NCBI GenBank assembly: GCA_045643285.1
Contig: JAZUKN010000057.1
Span: 10,076 to 74,075 of the forward strand
Source: Eubacteriales bacterium
Lineage (GTDB): Bacteria > Bacillota > Clostridia > Oscillospirales > CAG-272
Reading direction: 5' to 3'
Length of the DNA stretch: 64,000 nucleotides
Under the pieces are notes generated by a model. That model did no database searches. It saw only the letters and a program-made list of their open reading frames with translations, and was not told the DNA's origin. Positions 1 through 10,485 of this stretch are shown one piece after another (positions within the stretch are counted from its first letter, which is position 1; each line of letters opens with the position of its first letter). Made by a program: the position numbers and the translations under genes.

Positions 1-282
1 GAAGTGTTGAAGCAGGACAAAAACTCTCCCGTACCGGTTGAATATCAGGTGGCAATCATCTACGCCGCCATTAACGGTTATCTGAAAGAAATCAAGGTTT
101 CCGACGTACGCGAATACGAAAGCGCGCTGTTCACTTACCTCAGAGAAAACGCCGACGAGCTGATGAAGACTATCCGCGACACAGGCGTCCTCACAGACGA
201 CGACACAAAACTGCTCGCCGAGAATCTCACACGGTTCACGGAAAAATTCCGCCGCGAGGTTTACGGCGCAGTCGGTGAATAA
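1..282 (+). CDS. atpA: F1 ATP synthase alpha subunit, C-terminal fragment (gene begins upstream of window)
   Basis: Frame is open from base 1 (ORF track 4..282). The sequence looks like an alpha-subunit C-terminal helical domain and sits directly before atpG-atpD-atpC. Confidence 0.9.
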   Translation, partial: EVLKQDKNSPVPVEYQVAIIYAAINGYLKEIKVSDVREYESALFTYLRENADELMKTIRDTGVLTDDDTKLLAENLTRFTEKFRREVYGAVGE

Positions 283-325
283 ACCGCACGGAAAACTTAT
301 TCACAAACAAACCGGAGTTAGATAA

Positions 326-1174
326 ATGAGTGAAAACATCAAAGCCATACGCGCGCGGATAAAGAGCGTCGATTCCACGAGGCACATCACCAAAGCGATG
401 GAGCTTGTCGCGGCGTCGAAGATCAAAAAAGCCGGCGCGCGCATGGAAAAATCGCGCTTCTACAAGGAAGTAATGCTCGACGCATTTGCCGATCTCTCTT
501 CCGAAGAAAGCGCATACGCAAAGACGAGAGAACGCACGCTTCCGTCGCTCTATATAGTCGTTGCAGGTGACAGAGGACTCGCAGGCGGATACAACAACAA
601 CATTTTCCGCTCTTCCCTTGCCCTCATTCACAGCGGCGACTACGTTATCCCCGTCGGAAAACGCGCCGTCGAATACTACTCACGCAGAAGCGGTGTAAAC
701 GTTCTCACGTCCGATTTTATGTCGGTGGAGAGCTTCACGTCGCAGAACGCATCCGACGCCGCGTACCTCGCCAAAGAGATGTACGACAAAGGCGAGATCA
801 AGGAAGTGAACCTCATCTCGACAAAATTCGTGTCGATGCTGTCGTCGCGCCCCGATATAACGTACCTGCTTCCGCTTGAATCCCTTGCGAAAGAGCGCGG
901 AAAGAGCGAAGAAAAATCGGCGGCTGTTGCGGAGTACGAGCCGAACCCGGAAGAGGTCCTCGCGGCGCTGATACCGGAGTACATCGCAGGAGTGCTGTAC
1001 ACGTCCGCCGTTGAGTCGTATGCCGCAGAGCTTGCCGCGCGCCGTTCCGCAATGGACACCGCGACGAAGAATGCGAACGAAATGCTCGACGAGCTGAGTC
1101 TCCACTACAACAGAGCGCGTCAGGGAGCGATCACGCAGGAGATCACGGAGATCGTAGCCGGCGCGAATGCGTGA
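326..1174 (+). CDS. atpG: F1 ATP synthase gamma subunit
   Basis: 282 aa. The N-terminus IKAIRARIKSVDSTRHITKAMELVAASK and C-terminus RQGAITQEITEIVAGANA are typical of gamma. Operon position fits. Confidence 0.95.
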   Translation: MSENIKAIRARIKSVDSTRHITKAMELVAASKIKKAGARMEKSRFYKEVMLDAFADLSSEESAYAKTRERTLPSLYIVVAGDRGLAGGYNNNIFRSSLALIHSGDYVIPVGKRAVEYYSRRSGVNVLTSDFMSVESFTSQNASDAAYLAKEMYDKGEIKEVNLISTKFVSMLSSRPDITYLLPLESLAKERGKSEEKSAAVAEYEPNPEEVLAALIPEYIAGVLYTSAVESYAAELAARRSAMDTATKNANEMLDELSLHYNRARQGAITQEITEIVAGANA

Positions 1175-1202
1175 GAACAGAGTTCAATTCTGATTTAAGC
1201 TT

Positions 1203-1255
1203 CACAATCCTTTCGTCACGGAAAACCGTGACACTTCCCTTTACACAAGGGAAGC
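1203..1255. repeat. Two adjacent perfect hairpins (Q-type repeat module) inside the atpG-atpD spacer
   Basis: Hairpins are gtcacgg-aaaa-ccgtgac (1215..1232) and cttccctt-tacac-aagggaag (1234..1254), preceded by acaatcc. The same acaatcc / hairpin / ccctt-loop-aaggg layout recurs at 57674..57728, 57734..57799 and 57859..57924 (inverted). Confidence 0.8.
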
Positions 1256-1341
1256 AAATTGAAAATGTAATCACTGCACAGCATTTAAGATAAACACTTT
1301 TCAGAATAAGCAAAACGACCCAAATTCATTTTTGGAGATAG

Positions 1342-2736
<1,395 letters not shown>

Positions 2737-2775
2737 CTACGATATTTAACAGTTTACGGTAAATCGGAGGCAGAT

Positions 2776-3042
2776 ATGAAGAATTTCAAGCTGGAAATAG
2801 CCGCACCGGACGGGCTGAGATACGACGGTGAGGCGGCACAGCTTTCCGTTCGCGGAATCGGCGGTGAGCTTGCCGTTCTTGCAGGTCACATCCCGTTCGT
2901 GACCGCGCTTGCCGACGGTGAATGCCGAGTCTACACAGACGACGGAAAGAATATCCGTCATGCCCACTGCCGCGGCGGAATGCTAATGGTGTCGAAGGAC
3001 GTCGTGCGGCTTCTGTCTTCGGATTTTGAGTGGAAAGACTAA
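2776..3042 (+). CDS. atpC: F1 ATP synthase epsilon subunit, short form (N-terminal beta-sandwich only)
   Basis: 88 aa, starting 39 nt after atpD. Epsilon-like LEIAAPDG and GELAVLAGHIPF are present. No C-terminal helical hairpin is encoded before the terminator at 3066. Confidence 0.85.
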   Translation: MKNFKLEIAAPDGLRYDGEAAQLSVRGIGGELAVLAGHIPFVTALADGECRVYTDDGKNIRHAHCRGGMLMVSKDVVRLLSSDFEWKD

Positions 3043-3065
3043 GGATTTTTGTGTGCAAAAAACAG

Positions 3066-3103
3066 GAAAACGTGAGTACAAATCCCCCGTACTCACGTTT
3101 TTT
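3066..3103. terminator. Bidirectional intrinsic terminator between convergent atpC and glycerate kinase genes
   Basis: gaaaa-cgtgagtac / 9-nt loop / gtactcacg-tttttt, with an A-run on the left and a T-run on the right. Confidence 0.8.
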
Positions 3104-3122
3104 CTGTCATTTTCAGTTTTTC

Positions 3123-4376
3123 TTATCTCTTTACGAGCACCACCGCAAGGTCGTTCACGTTTGTGCCGGTCGGTCCTGTTATGATCAGCCCGTCTGCCGC
3201 TTTCAGTCCGTTATATGCGTCGTTGTCGGCAAGGATCGTGCGAATGTCAAGTCCCTGTGCGGCGAGCTTCGCTTCCGTTTCACCGTCTGCATACCCGCCT
3301 GCCGCGTCTGTGGGACCGTCCGTGCCGTCTGAGCCGAACGAGAACACACAAGTGTCCTTGCACCCTGCTATTTCGTGCGCGGCTGAAAGAGCTATCTCCT
3401 GATTCCGTCCGCCTTTGCCGTGACCTGTCAGATGAACTACAGTCTCACCGCCTGCAAGGAACGCGACAGATTCGGTATCGTTCTGATGATCCCTTGCTAT
3501 CGAGCCGAGGAACGCGCCTGCTTCCCTTGCTTCACAAGCGAGAGACGCCGTGAGAAATACAGGCTTGTATCCGAGCTGTTCACAGGTCTTTGCGGCAGAT
3601 GCGCAGAGCTGTTTCACCGAGCCCGTGACGTATGTCGTAACATTGTCGAGCGTTTTTGGCGTTTCCGTGCGGATGAGGACCTCCGCTTTCGGCGAGATTT
3701 CAAGTCCGTAGCGTTCGACTATCTCCATAGCCGCGTCCGATGTGGACGAATCCGGATAAGCAGGTCCCGACGCTATCATATCAAGCGGATCGCCGATGAT
3801 GTCGCTGAGGACGATCGTATAAACGTGTGCCGGAGCACAGCAGAGCGCGAAACGTCCACCTTTTACGGAGGAGAGACGCTTTCTTATCGTGTTTATCTCA
3901 ACAATGGACGCACCGCAGGCAAGAAGCTGTTTTGTGATCGATGCCATTTCTTCTGTATCGATCAGCGGAGACTCGAACAGCGCAGATCCGCCGCCCGAGA
4001 GAAGAAACAGCACATTGTCGTCTTTCGTCAGATTTGCAACAAGCTCAAGTGCGCGCGCAGTCGCGGAGTAGCTGTTTTCGTCCGGCACGGGATGCCCTGC
4101 TTCACGAATTTCAAGCCCTTTTATCTCTCCCTTTGCGTGATCGTATTTCGTTATGACTATTCCTGCGTCGATACGTTCACCGAGGACTTCTGCTGCGGCT
4201 CTGCCCATTTCCCATGCGGCTTTTCCTGCGGCTACGACGACGAGCTTTCCTTGTCCGTCAAAGACCTTGCAGCCGTCCTTGTCTGCCTTTATTTTATCAA
4301 GTGCGTTACGGACCGCGCCACCCGGCATAGCGTCGGCGAGAGCGGCTTCCATAATGATTTTTGCGTCTCTGTTCAA
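3123..4376 (-). CDS. Glycerate 2-kinase / hydroxypyruvate reductase family protein (DUF4147 + MOFRL)
   Basis: 417 aa. Motifs LLSGGGSALF, GGETVVHLTGHGKGGRNQE and GSDGTDGPTDAAGG are typical of the MOFRL glycerate kinase family. Confidence 0.85.
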   Translation of the reverse strand: MNRDAKIIMEAALADAMPGGAVRNALDKIKADKDGCKVFDGQGKLVVVAAGKAAWEMGRAAAEVLGERIDAGIVITKYDHAKGEIKGLEIREAGHPVPDENSYSATARALELVANLTKDDNVLFLLSGGGSALFESPLIDTEEMASITKQLLACGASIVEINTIRKRLSSVKGGRFALCCAPAHVYTIVLSDIIGDPLDMIASGPAYPDSSTSDAAMEIVERYGLEISPKAEVLIRTETPKTLDNVTTYVTGSVKQLCASAAKTCEQLGYKPVFLTASLACEAREAGAFLGSIARDHQNDTESVAFLAGGETVVHLTGHGKGGRNQEIALSAAHEIAGCKDTCVFSFGSDGTDGPTDAAGGYADGETEAKLAAQGLDIRTILADNDAYNGLKAADGLIITGPTGTNVNDLAVVLVKR

Positions 4377-4483
4377 AGTGGTATCCTGCCTTTCGGTTTA
4401 TTTATCAGAGAAATTTCGAGCCGTCCTCCCATAAAGAGAACGGCTCTGATGTTATGCTATGTTATATTATGTCCGGTTAAGAA

Positions 4484-5854
4484 TCAGACAAACAGAGAAA
4501 CGAGAAGTACGTTCAGGATTGCGGCAATACCGATAATGAGCGTACCGAGAGACTGTGTCTTGTAACCGTCCTGAGCCTTCATTTCACCGAAGTTGGTAAC
4601 AACCCAGAAGTAACTGTCGTTTGCGTGAGAAACAACCATTGCGCCTGCACCGATAGCAACAACTACGAGAGCTGCCTGTACGGGTGTGGTCCAGCCGAGA
4701 GTAGCCATCATCGGAGCGATGATACCTGCGGATGTTGTGATCGCAACTGTGGAAGAACCCTGAGCTGTCTTGAGGATAGCTGCAAGGAGGAACGGGAATA
4801 CGAGACCTATAACCTTGAGAGCGTCTGCACGTTCGCTGATGAACGCGATAAGCTCTGTGGAAGCGATGACCTTACCGAGAACGCCGCCTGCTGCCGTTAC
4901 GAACAGGATCGGACCGGTGGTCTTCAGTGTTTCGTTTGTGATGTCGTAGAATTCTTTGCCCTTCTTAGCCCAGAGGAGAAGAAGAACGCCGATGATAACG
5001 CCTACTGCGAGAGCGATGATAGGTGTGCCGAGGAATGTAATGATTGCAACCTTAAGACCTGCCATGGAGAATGCGCAGGAGAGGCCCATGAGGATGATCG
5101 GAACAACGATCGGAGCAAATGCAGCAAATCCGTTCGGGAGTTTGCCGTAGCTTGCTACGAGTTCTTCGTATGTCTGACCGATAGCTTCGTCGTTTGTGGG
5201 TTCGTCAGCTGCTTTAACCTTCTTGCCGATGATAACTGCGAAAATGCAGCCTGCGATGAGCGGGAGGATAGAGCAGATAGCGCCGATGAGCATTACCTGG
5301 AGAAGGTTAACGTCTGTGGAGCCGAGGCCTTCTGTGTAAAGTGTGTTAGCTGCAGCGATCGGGCCGGGTGTCGGCGGGATGAAGCAGTGGGAGATATAAA
5401 GACCCATGGAGAGAGCGACTGTGCAAGCTACGGAAGACTTGCGTGTTCTCTGAACGAGAGCCTTACGGATCGGGTTGAGAACTACGAAACCGGAGTCGCA
5501 GAATACGGGAATGGATACGATCCAGCCCATGATGAGCATTGCGATTTCGGGGTGGTTCTTGCCGACGAGTTTTACAACGCAGTCAGCCATTTTCAGAGCC
5601 GCGCCGGTCTTTTCAAGAAGAATACCGACGAGCGCACCGAGGATGATAACGATACCGATGCTTGTGAAGGTTCCGGAGAAGCCTGCACCGATGATGCCGG
5701 GGATAGCTGTGATGTCTTTAATTGCAAGGAGTGCGAGAATGAGCGAAACGCCCATAATGGAAAGGAACGGGTGGATCTTCCACTTCGAGATCGCAACGAT
5801 CATGAGAACGATTGCAAGCACGAAAGCAACAAGAAGCCAAATGCCTGTTAACAT
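4484..5854 (-). CDS. GntP-family organic-acid permease
   Basis: 456-aa polytopic membrane protein with GntP/DsdX-like sequence throughout. It lies immediately upstream of the glycerate kinase on the same strand. Confidence 0.88.
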   Translation of the reverse strand: MLTGIWLLVAFVLAIVLMIVAISKWKIHPFLSIMGVSLILALLAIKDITAIPGIIGAGFSGTFTSIGIVIILGALVGILLEKTGAALKMADCVVKLVGKNHPEIAMLIMGWIVSIPVFCDSGFVVLNPIRKALVQRTRKSSVACTVALSMGLYISHCFIPPTPGPIAAANTLYTEGLGSTDVNLLQVMLIGAICSILPLIAGCIFAVIIGKKVKAADEPTNDEAIGQTYEELVASYGKLPNGFAAFAPIVVPIILMGLSCAFSMAGLKVAIITFLGTPIIALAVGVIIGVLLLLWAKKGKEFYDITNETLKTTGPILFVTAAGGVLGKVIASTELIAFISERADALKVIGLVFPFLLAAILKTAQGSSTVAITTSAGIIAPMMATLGWTTPVQAALVVVAIGAGAMVVSHANDSYFWVVTNFGEMKAQDGYKTQSLGTLIIGIAAILNVLLVSLFV

Positions 5855-5964
5855 AGGGGATACCTCCTGAAAAATTTTTTTGTATTTTCTTAACAGACAG
5901 CGCGTTTCCGCCGTTGTCTGAAAAAGACAGGTTTGTTACAGAACATTGAACTTTTTTCTTGATA

Positions 5965-5993
5965 ATTTTAACATATCCGTGCTTATTTGTCAA
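5965..5993 (-). promoter_or_regulatory. Putative sigma-A promoter for the gntP-like/glycerate kinase unit
   Basis: On the minus strand: TTGACA (5993..5988), 17-nt spacer, TAAAAT (5970..5965). Confidence 0.45.
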
Positions 5994-6195
5994 TAATCTA
6001 TTATATTTTTGTCAAAAGTGTACAAAACGTCAAAATTTGAGTTGTACGAAATGAAATGAAAAAAGCAATAAGACCGCTCAGCAGAAGTCATTCTCCTTGC
6101 CGAACTCGAAAAGAAAAAATATTTTGCCTTTTTTCCTCCTCTTTTCGGACAATCCGGCTTCACATAAACAGTCTCAACGCTTGTCGGTACCGTGC

Positions 6196-6438
6196 TTATT
6201 CTATCACCTCATACATTGTCGAGGCGTCCGCTTTTGCCGCGTGTTCTCTTACGTCGATGACGCGGAAACGGAGCGTTCTGTCGCCGTACGTCACCGCGAT
6301 AACGTCGCCTTCCTTTACGTCGTACGACGCCTTTGCGACTCGTCCGTTCACTTCGACGTGCGCGGTATCACACGCTTCGTTCGCAACGGTGCGCCGCTTG
6401 ATTATTCTCGATACCTTCAGAAATTTGTCAAGTCTCAT
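6196..6438 (-). CDS. S4-domain RNA-binding protein (YabO/Hsp15-like)
   Basis: 80 aa. MRLDKFLKVSRIIKRR is a typical S4 N-terminus. It overlaps the end of the upstream flippase gene, as in the Bacillus yabM-yabO neighbourhood. Confidence 0.8.
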   Translation of the reverse strand: MRLDKFLKVSRIIKRRTVANEACDTAHVEVNGRVAKASYDVKEGDVIAVTYGDRTLRFRVIDVREHAAKADASTMYEVIE

Positions 6439-7975
6439 TTTTTCGTCTTCCTTTTATAATAATATCGTTTATTTCGTCTTGTGTTACCTCTCCCGTGAAG
6501 AGCAGAAATACCGCGTACACTGCGACTGCCACAGCGATAGCCGCTATACACGCCGTGCTTTCGCCGAACCGTGAGAGCAACTTATCGGTCAGTGACGCGG
6601 AGTACGCCGCAAGCACGCTTCCGCCGAGAGGAAGTAAAAAAGTCTTCAATAGCGGCGGCTTGATGTGCGTAAATTTCACGACGAACGCAAAATTGATGAC
6701 CGTCACCGTAAGATAGCACGCAAGCGTGGACAGCGGTGCGCCTGTTATGCCGTATCTTTTCAGGAGAAACACGCCCGACACGCACTTCACAGCCGCGCCG
6801 ACGAGCATTGATATGACAGTGCTTTTTTCGTGTCCGCACGCCTCAAGAACGGAGTTCGTCACTGCAAGCACGCACACGAAAAACGACGCAGGCGCGAGCA
6901 GAGTGAGGAGCGGTGAGGCAAGATCGGCAGACGAATCCTTGTAGATCAGCTCAAGTATCGGCTTTGCCATTGCCGACAGTCCGAGCGCGCACGGAAGTCC
7001 GACCACCACAGAATAGCGAAGCGCGGATTCTATCCTCTCAGCCGCTTTGTCCGTTTTTTGGCAGGCAAACAGCGACGCGACTACCGGAACGAGCGAGTAC
7101 GCCACCGGATAGACAAACACCGGCGGCAGATTGAACATCGGCACGGCAAGGGATGTATAGTTGCCGTACAATGCCGCCGCGTCCTCAGCCGTCATGCCGG
7201 ACGAGCGAAGCACGCGCTGTATCATCACGGTGTCGATCAGTCCCGACAGGCTCATCACGGATGCGCTGACCGTAATCGGAACGGATTTTTTCACGAGTTT
7301 TCCGAGTGCTTCACGCACGGTCAGTCTGTTTTCACTTTCGCACGCACATTCGGGAAGCAGATCGCTCTCTCCCCGTATCAGCTTAACGGCAACAAGATAT
7401 ACCGCGCCGAGAAGCGAGCCGAGCGTCAGTCCCGACAGCGCGAACGCCGCCACGATATGCACCGGATAGCCGCACCGTACCGCGTATACTGCCGCGCCGA
7501 TGCCTATAAACAGCTTACCGAGTGCTTCAATGAGCTGTGAAACTGCGGTCGGGAGCATATTGCCGCACCCTTGGAAATATCCGCGGACGGCGCAGGAGAT
7601 GCACACAAACAACATCGTCGGCGCAGTCACGGCGATCGAAAGTGCGGAAAGATCAGACCGTATCAGCGACGCAAGTTTTTGCGAAAAAACGAGCATCACA
7701 CCGCTTGACAGCAATCCGAGTACGGCAAAAACAGCCGCCGCCACCTTGAAAATCCGCGCGGCGTTCTGTTTTTCTCCGCGTCCTCTCGCCTCCGAGATCA
7801 TCACGGACAGTGCGACGGGAAGTCCCGATGTCGAGAGCATATAGAGAAATGTGTAAACTGAATAAGCCGAGTTGTAGTACCCCATTCCGGCGTCACCGAC
7901 TACATAATTCATCGGGATGCGGAAGCACAGTCCTGCGGCCTTAACGAGAATTCCGGAGGCAGTCAGGAGAAACAC
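6428..7975 (-). CDS. MOP-superfamily flippase (SpoVB / YabM / MurJ-like polysaccharide biosynthesis protein)
   Basis: 515-aa multi-TM protein with FRIPMNYVVGDAGMGYYNSAY near the N-terminus. The GTG at 7975 leaves a short N-terminus. An in-frame CTG at 8032 sits 8 nt after GGAGG (see findings). Confidence 0.8.
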   Translation of the reverse strand: MFLLTASGILVKAAGLCFRIPMNYVVGDAGMGYYNSAYSVYTFLYMLSTSGLPVALSVMISEARGRGEKQNAARIFKVAAAVFAVLGLLSSGVMLVFSQKLASLIRSDLSALSIAVTAPTMLFVCISCAVRGYFQGCGNMLPTAVSQLIEALGKLFIGIGAAVYAVRCGYPVHIVAAFALSGLTLGSLLGAVYLVAVKLIRGESDLLPECACESENRLTVREALGKLVKKSVPITVSASVMSLSGLIDTVMIQRVLRSSGMTAEDAAALYGNYTSLAVPMFNLPPVFVYPVAYSLVPVVASLFACQKTDKAAERIESALRYSVVVGLPCALGLSAMAKPILELIYKDSSADLASPLLTLLAPASFFVCVLAVTNSVLEACGHEKSTVISMLVGAAVKCVSGVFLLKRYGITGAPLSTLACYLTVTVINFAFVVKFTHIKPPLLKTFLLPLGGSVLAAYSASLTDKLLSRFGESTACIAAIAVAVAVYAVFLLFTGEVTQDEINDIIIKGRRKNET

Positions 7976-8053
7976 TCCGGCAAAAAACGTCCTTTTTTCA
8001 CCTGAACGTCCTTTTGTCGATCGTGTTTTCAGCGCGATTACCTCCGAAACGGT

Positions 8054-8953
8054 TTATCCTATGAATTCCCTGAACATCGAGGTGCTCGGGATCATTTTTT
8101 CTTCAAAAAAGTGATTTTCAAACGGCTTGAGCTTATCTGTCAGCAGATCTGCCTCGCCGCGGTACTTACTGTCTTTCGGGACAGTGCCAAGCAGTCCGAG
8201 TACGTTATTTGCAAGCACGAACGGCTCGTAGCGTAAAAGGGAATTGATATAATAGTCGCTGTTCCCTGCGTTCGGGAAGATCGACGTTATCTCATTCGCG
8301 CGGACTGTGTTCCACAAATGTAGAGTAAACTCCGCAGTCGCACCGCGGAATTTGTAGTCTCTGACGATGCGGCGGAACAGGCGAATCTCGTCGCCGAGAA
8401 GCACCGATCCTTTGTATCGCACGTCATCTGCCACACGGATGAAAATGCTCGTGTAGTCGCCGAAAAGCGATGTGACTTCGGGGTACACCGCCTGTATTCC
8501 CTCGAATACATATATATCTTTCCCGTTCGGCGAATATTCCTCGTAGCCGGAGCGGTGAGTGTTCACGAAGTCGAAGATCGGTCTTCTGACCGTCTTTCCT
8601 GCGAGCAGATCGGCGACAAACTCTTCGAGGCAGTCGAGGTCTATCGCGCTTACTGAATCGTAGTCGGGCGCGTCGCCGTCGACCACGTTTCTGTCGGCTC
8701 TGTCAAGGAAAAAGTCGTCTATCGAGAATACAACGGGGTTCTTCCCTGCTTCTCTGATGCGCTCGGTCAGCTTATTCGCCGTCGTTGTTTTTCCTGAGCA
8801 GGTCGGACCCGCGAGCGTGATTATCCTGTTATCGGCATTTGCGACGATGTCCGCGGTGATCGCATCGAGCTTTGCCGAGAAATCGTGTTCTGCGCGAGTG
8901 ATGTACTTCTGAGCGTCGCGCGGCTCGTCAATGTTGATTCTGAGATTTTTCAA
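8054..8953 (-). CDS. Uridine kinase/phosphoribulokinase-family P-loop nucleoside kinase
   Basis: 299 aa with P-loop GPTCSGKTTTANKL. Overall similarity to the uridine-kinase family is recognised by eye only. Confidence 0.65.
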   Translation of the reverse strand: MKNLRINIDEPRDAQKYITRAEHDFSAKLDAITADIVANADNRIITLAGPTCSGKTTTANKLTERIREAGKNPVVFSIDDFFLDRADRNVVDGDAPDYDSVSAIDLDCLEEFVADLLAGKTVRRPIFDFVNTHRSGYEEYSPNGKDIYVFEGIQAVYPEVTSLFGDYTSIFIRVADDVRYKGSVLLGDEIRLFRRIVRDYKFRGATAEFTLHLWNTVRANEITSIFPNAGNSDYYINSLLRYEPFVLANNVLGLLGTVPKDSKYRGEADLLTDKLKPFENHFFEEKMIPSTSMFREFIG

Positions 8954-8965
8954 AAAAGTATCTCC

Positions 8966-10465
8966 TTAATGACCGTTTCGGTCTTTATCCGCGAAAAACT
9001 CCGCGGCGGTTTTCTTCATTTCGTCGAGTTTTTTCGCGCTCTCGCCGTTTTTGTAGCCGTCGAGATATTCGTACGGATACTTCGGTTGGAACAGCCGCTC
9101 TATCCGCACGTTTCCGTCGCTGTCCGGAAGCGAGACGAGCTTTGTTACCGAGCCTGCGCCTGCGGCAAAGATTGAGTGGACTTCTTCCATCATATAAATA
9201 TTGTATAGTCCCTCGTGGCCGGGCTTTGCGTAGCCGACGTTTTCCTGGTTGCCGACAGTGTTCTTCTGACGGTACATATAGTACGGCAGGTACCCCGATT
9301 CTCTGAGCCGCTTCTGCGAATAATCAACGCTCTCTGCCGCGATGACGGAAGCCGGATCGAACCGTCCCTCGGTCTTGAACTCGGACGAGCGCTTGACGCT
9401 GAATGTATGCACGGTGATGTTTTCGGGATCGAGTGCGATGACTCCGTCTATCGAGCGCATGAACGACTCTGTTGTGTCGTACGGCAGACCTGCGATGAGG
9501 TCGACATTGATGTTCTTTATCCCCGATTCTCTCGCCGTCGCGTAAGCCGAGTAGAACATATCAGTCGTGTGCGCGCGTCCTATCCCCTTTAATACTTCGT
9601 CGTTCAATGTCTGCGGATTGACGCTGATGCGGTCTACTCCGTATTCAGCCGCGACGCGCAGTTTTTCAGCCGTTATCGTATCGGGCCGCCCTGCTTCACA
9701 GGTAAATTCGGTGAGGTCGGAAGTGTGTTCGCGTATTTTCGAGAGCAGTACGCGCATTTCGTCCGCCGTGAGGACTGTCGGTGTACCGCCGCCGATATAT
9801 ACGGTAGAGACTTTCATCCCAAGTGAGCGGATCACCGAGAATACGCCGTCGATGTCCTCGCACAGTGCGCTCAAGTAGTCCGGTATCAAAGACAGGAGCT
9901 TCTTCGACGTATAAGAAACGAACGAGCAATAGGCGCATCTCGTCGGGCAGAACGGTATTCCGACGTACACACTGCATTCGCGCCGTATGCCGTCGGTTAT
10001 TATTCTTGCTTCCGCCGCCGCAACGTCGACTGCAAGACGGGATTTGATCGGGCTGACGAAGTATTCGCGCGAGATCCCCTCTGCCGCGCCGTCCTCACCG
10101 TACCCCTTGCGGAACAGCTCCGACGCGACCTTCGCCGGTCTTACGCCTGTCAGAATACCCCACGGAGGCGTCACTCCCGTGAAGTCCTTCCCTGCTTTCA
10201 TGAAAGCCTCGCCGACTGCTATCTTGCGCCTCTTGTCGGTGTCTCCCGTGAGCGGCTGAGATGAAGTTCCTTTTGTTGTCTTTTCGCCCTGCTTTAGTGT
10301 CACTTCCGCGTATGCCGTGCCGTCGGATTCGCTCAGATTGACAGATGCAACGACGGTTTCGGGCGTTTCTTCCTCGTTTTCGGGAAACTTCGCGCCCGGA
10401 AAGAAGATCATGGCGAGCGTTTCTGCATAATACGGCTTTACGTTGCCGTTTATTCTTAAAATCAT
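8966..10465 (-). CDS. hemZ: Radical SAM coproporphyrinogen dehydrogenase-like protein (HemZ/HemN family)
   Basis: 499 aa with the radical SAM cluster motif CPTRCAYCSF and HemN-like downstream sequence (YIGGGTPT). Confidence 0.82.
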   Translation of the reverse strand: MILRINGNVKPYYAETLAMIFFPGAKFPENEEETPETVVASVNLSESDGTAYAEVTLKQGEKTTKGTSSQPLTGDTDKRRKIAVGEAFMKAGKDFTGVTPPWGILTGVRPAKVASELFRKGYGEDGAAEGISREYFVSPIKSRLAVDVAAAEARIITDGIRRECSVYVGIPFCPTRCAYCSFVSYTSKKLLSLIPDYLSALCEDIDGVFSVIRSLGMKVSTVYIGGGTPTVLTADEMRVLLSKIREHTSDLTEFTCEAGRPDTITAEKLRVAAEYGVDRISVNPQTLNDEVLKGIGRAHTTDMFYSAYATARESGIKNINVDLIAGLPYDTTESFMRSIDGVIALDPENITVHTFSVKRSSEFKTEGRFDPASVIAAESVDYSQKRLRESGYLPYYMYRQKNTVGNQENVGYAKPGHEGLYNIYMMEEVHSIFAAGAGSVTKLVSLPDSDGNVRIERLFQPKYPYEYLDGYKNGESAKKLDEMKKTAAEFFADKDRNGH

Positions 10466-10485
10466 TTTATGTCCTTAGTTTATCT

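Noticed and set aside
3420-5851. Long plus-strand ORFs (3420..4565, 381 aa; 4625..5851, 408 aa) opposite the glycerate kinase and GntP genes
   Set aside because: The minus-strand products have clear family motifs. The plus-strand translations are Cys/Arg/Asp-rich nonsense, consistent with shadow ORFs.
6056-6195. Possible 30-codon peptide on the minus strand after AAGGAG (start near 6100)
   Set aside because: The RBS-to-ATG spacing is only about 1 to 2 nt, conservation cannot be assessed, and the region is more simply the 3' UTR/promoter spacer between the S4 gene and gntP.
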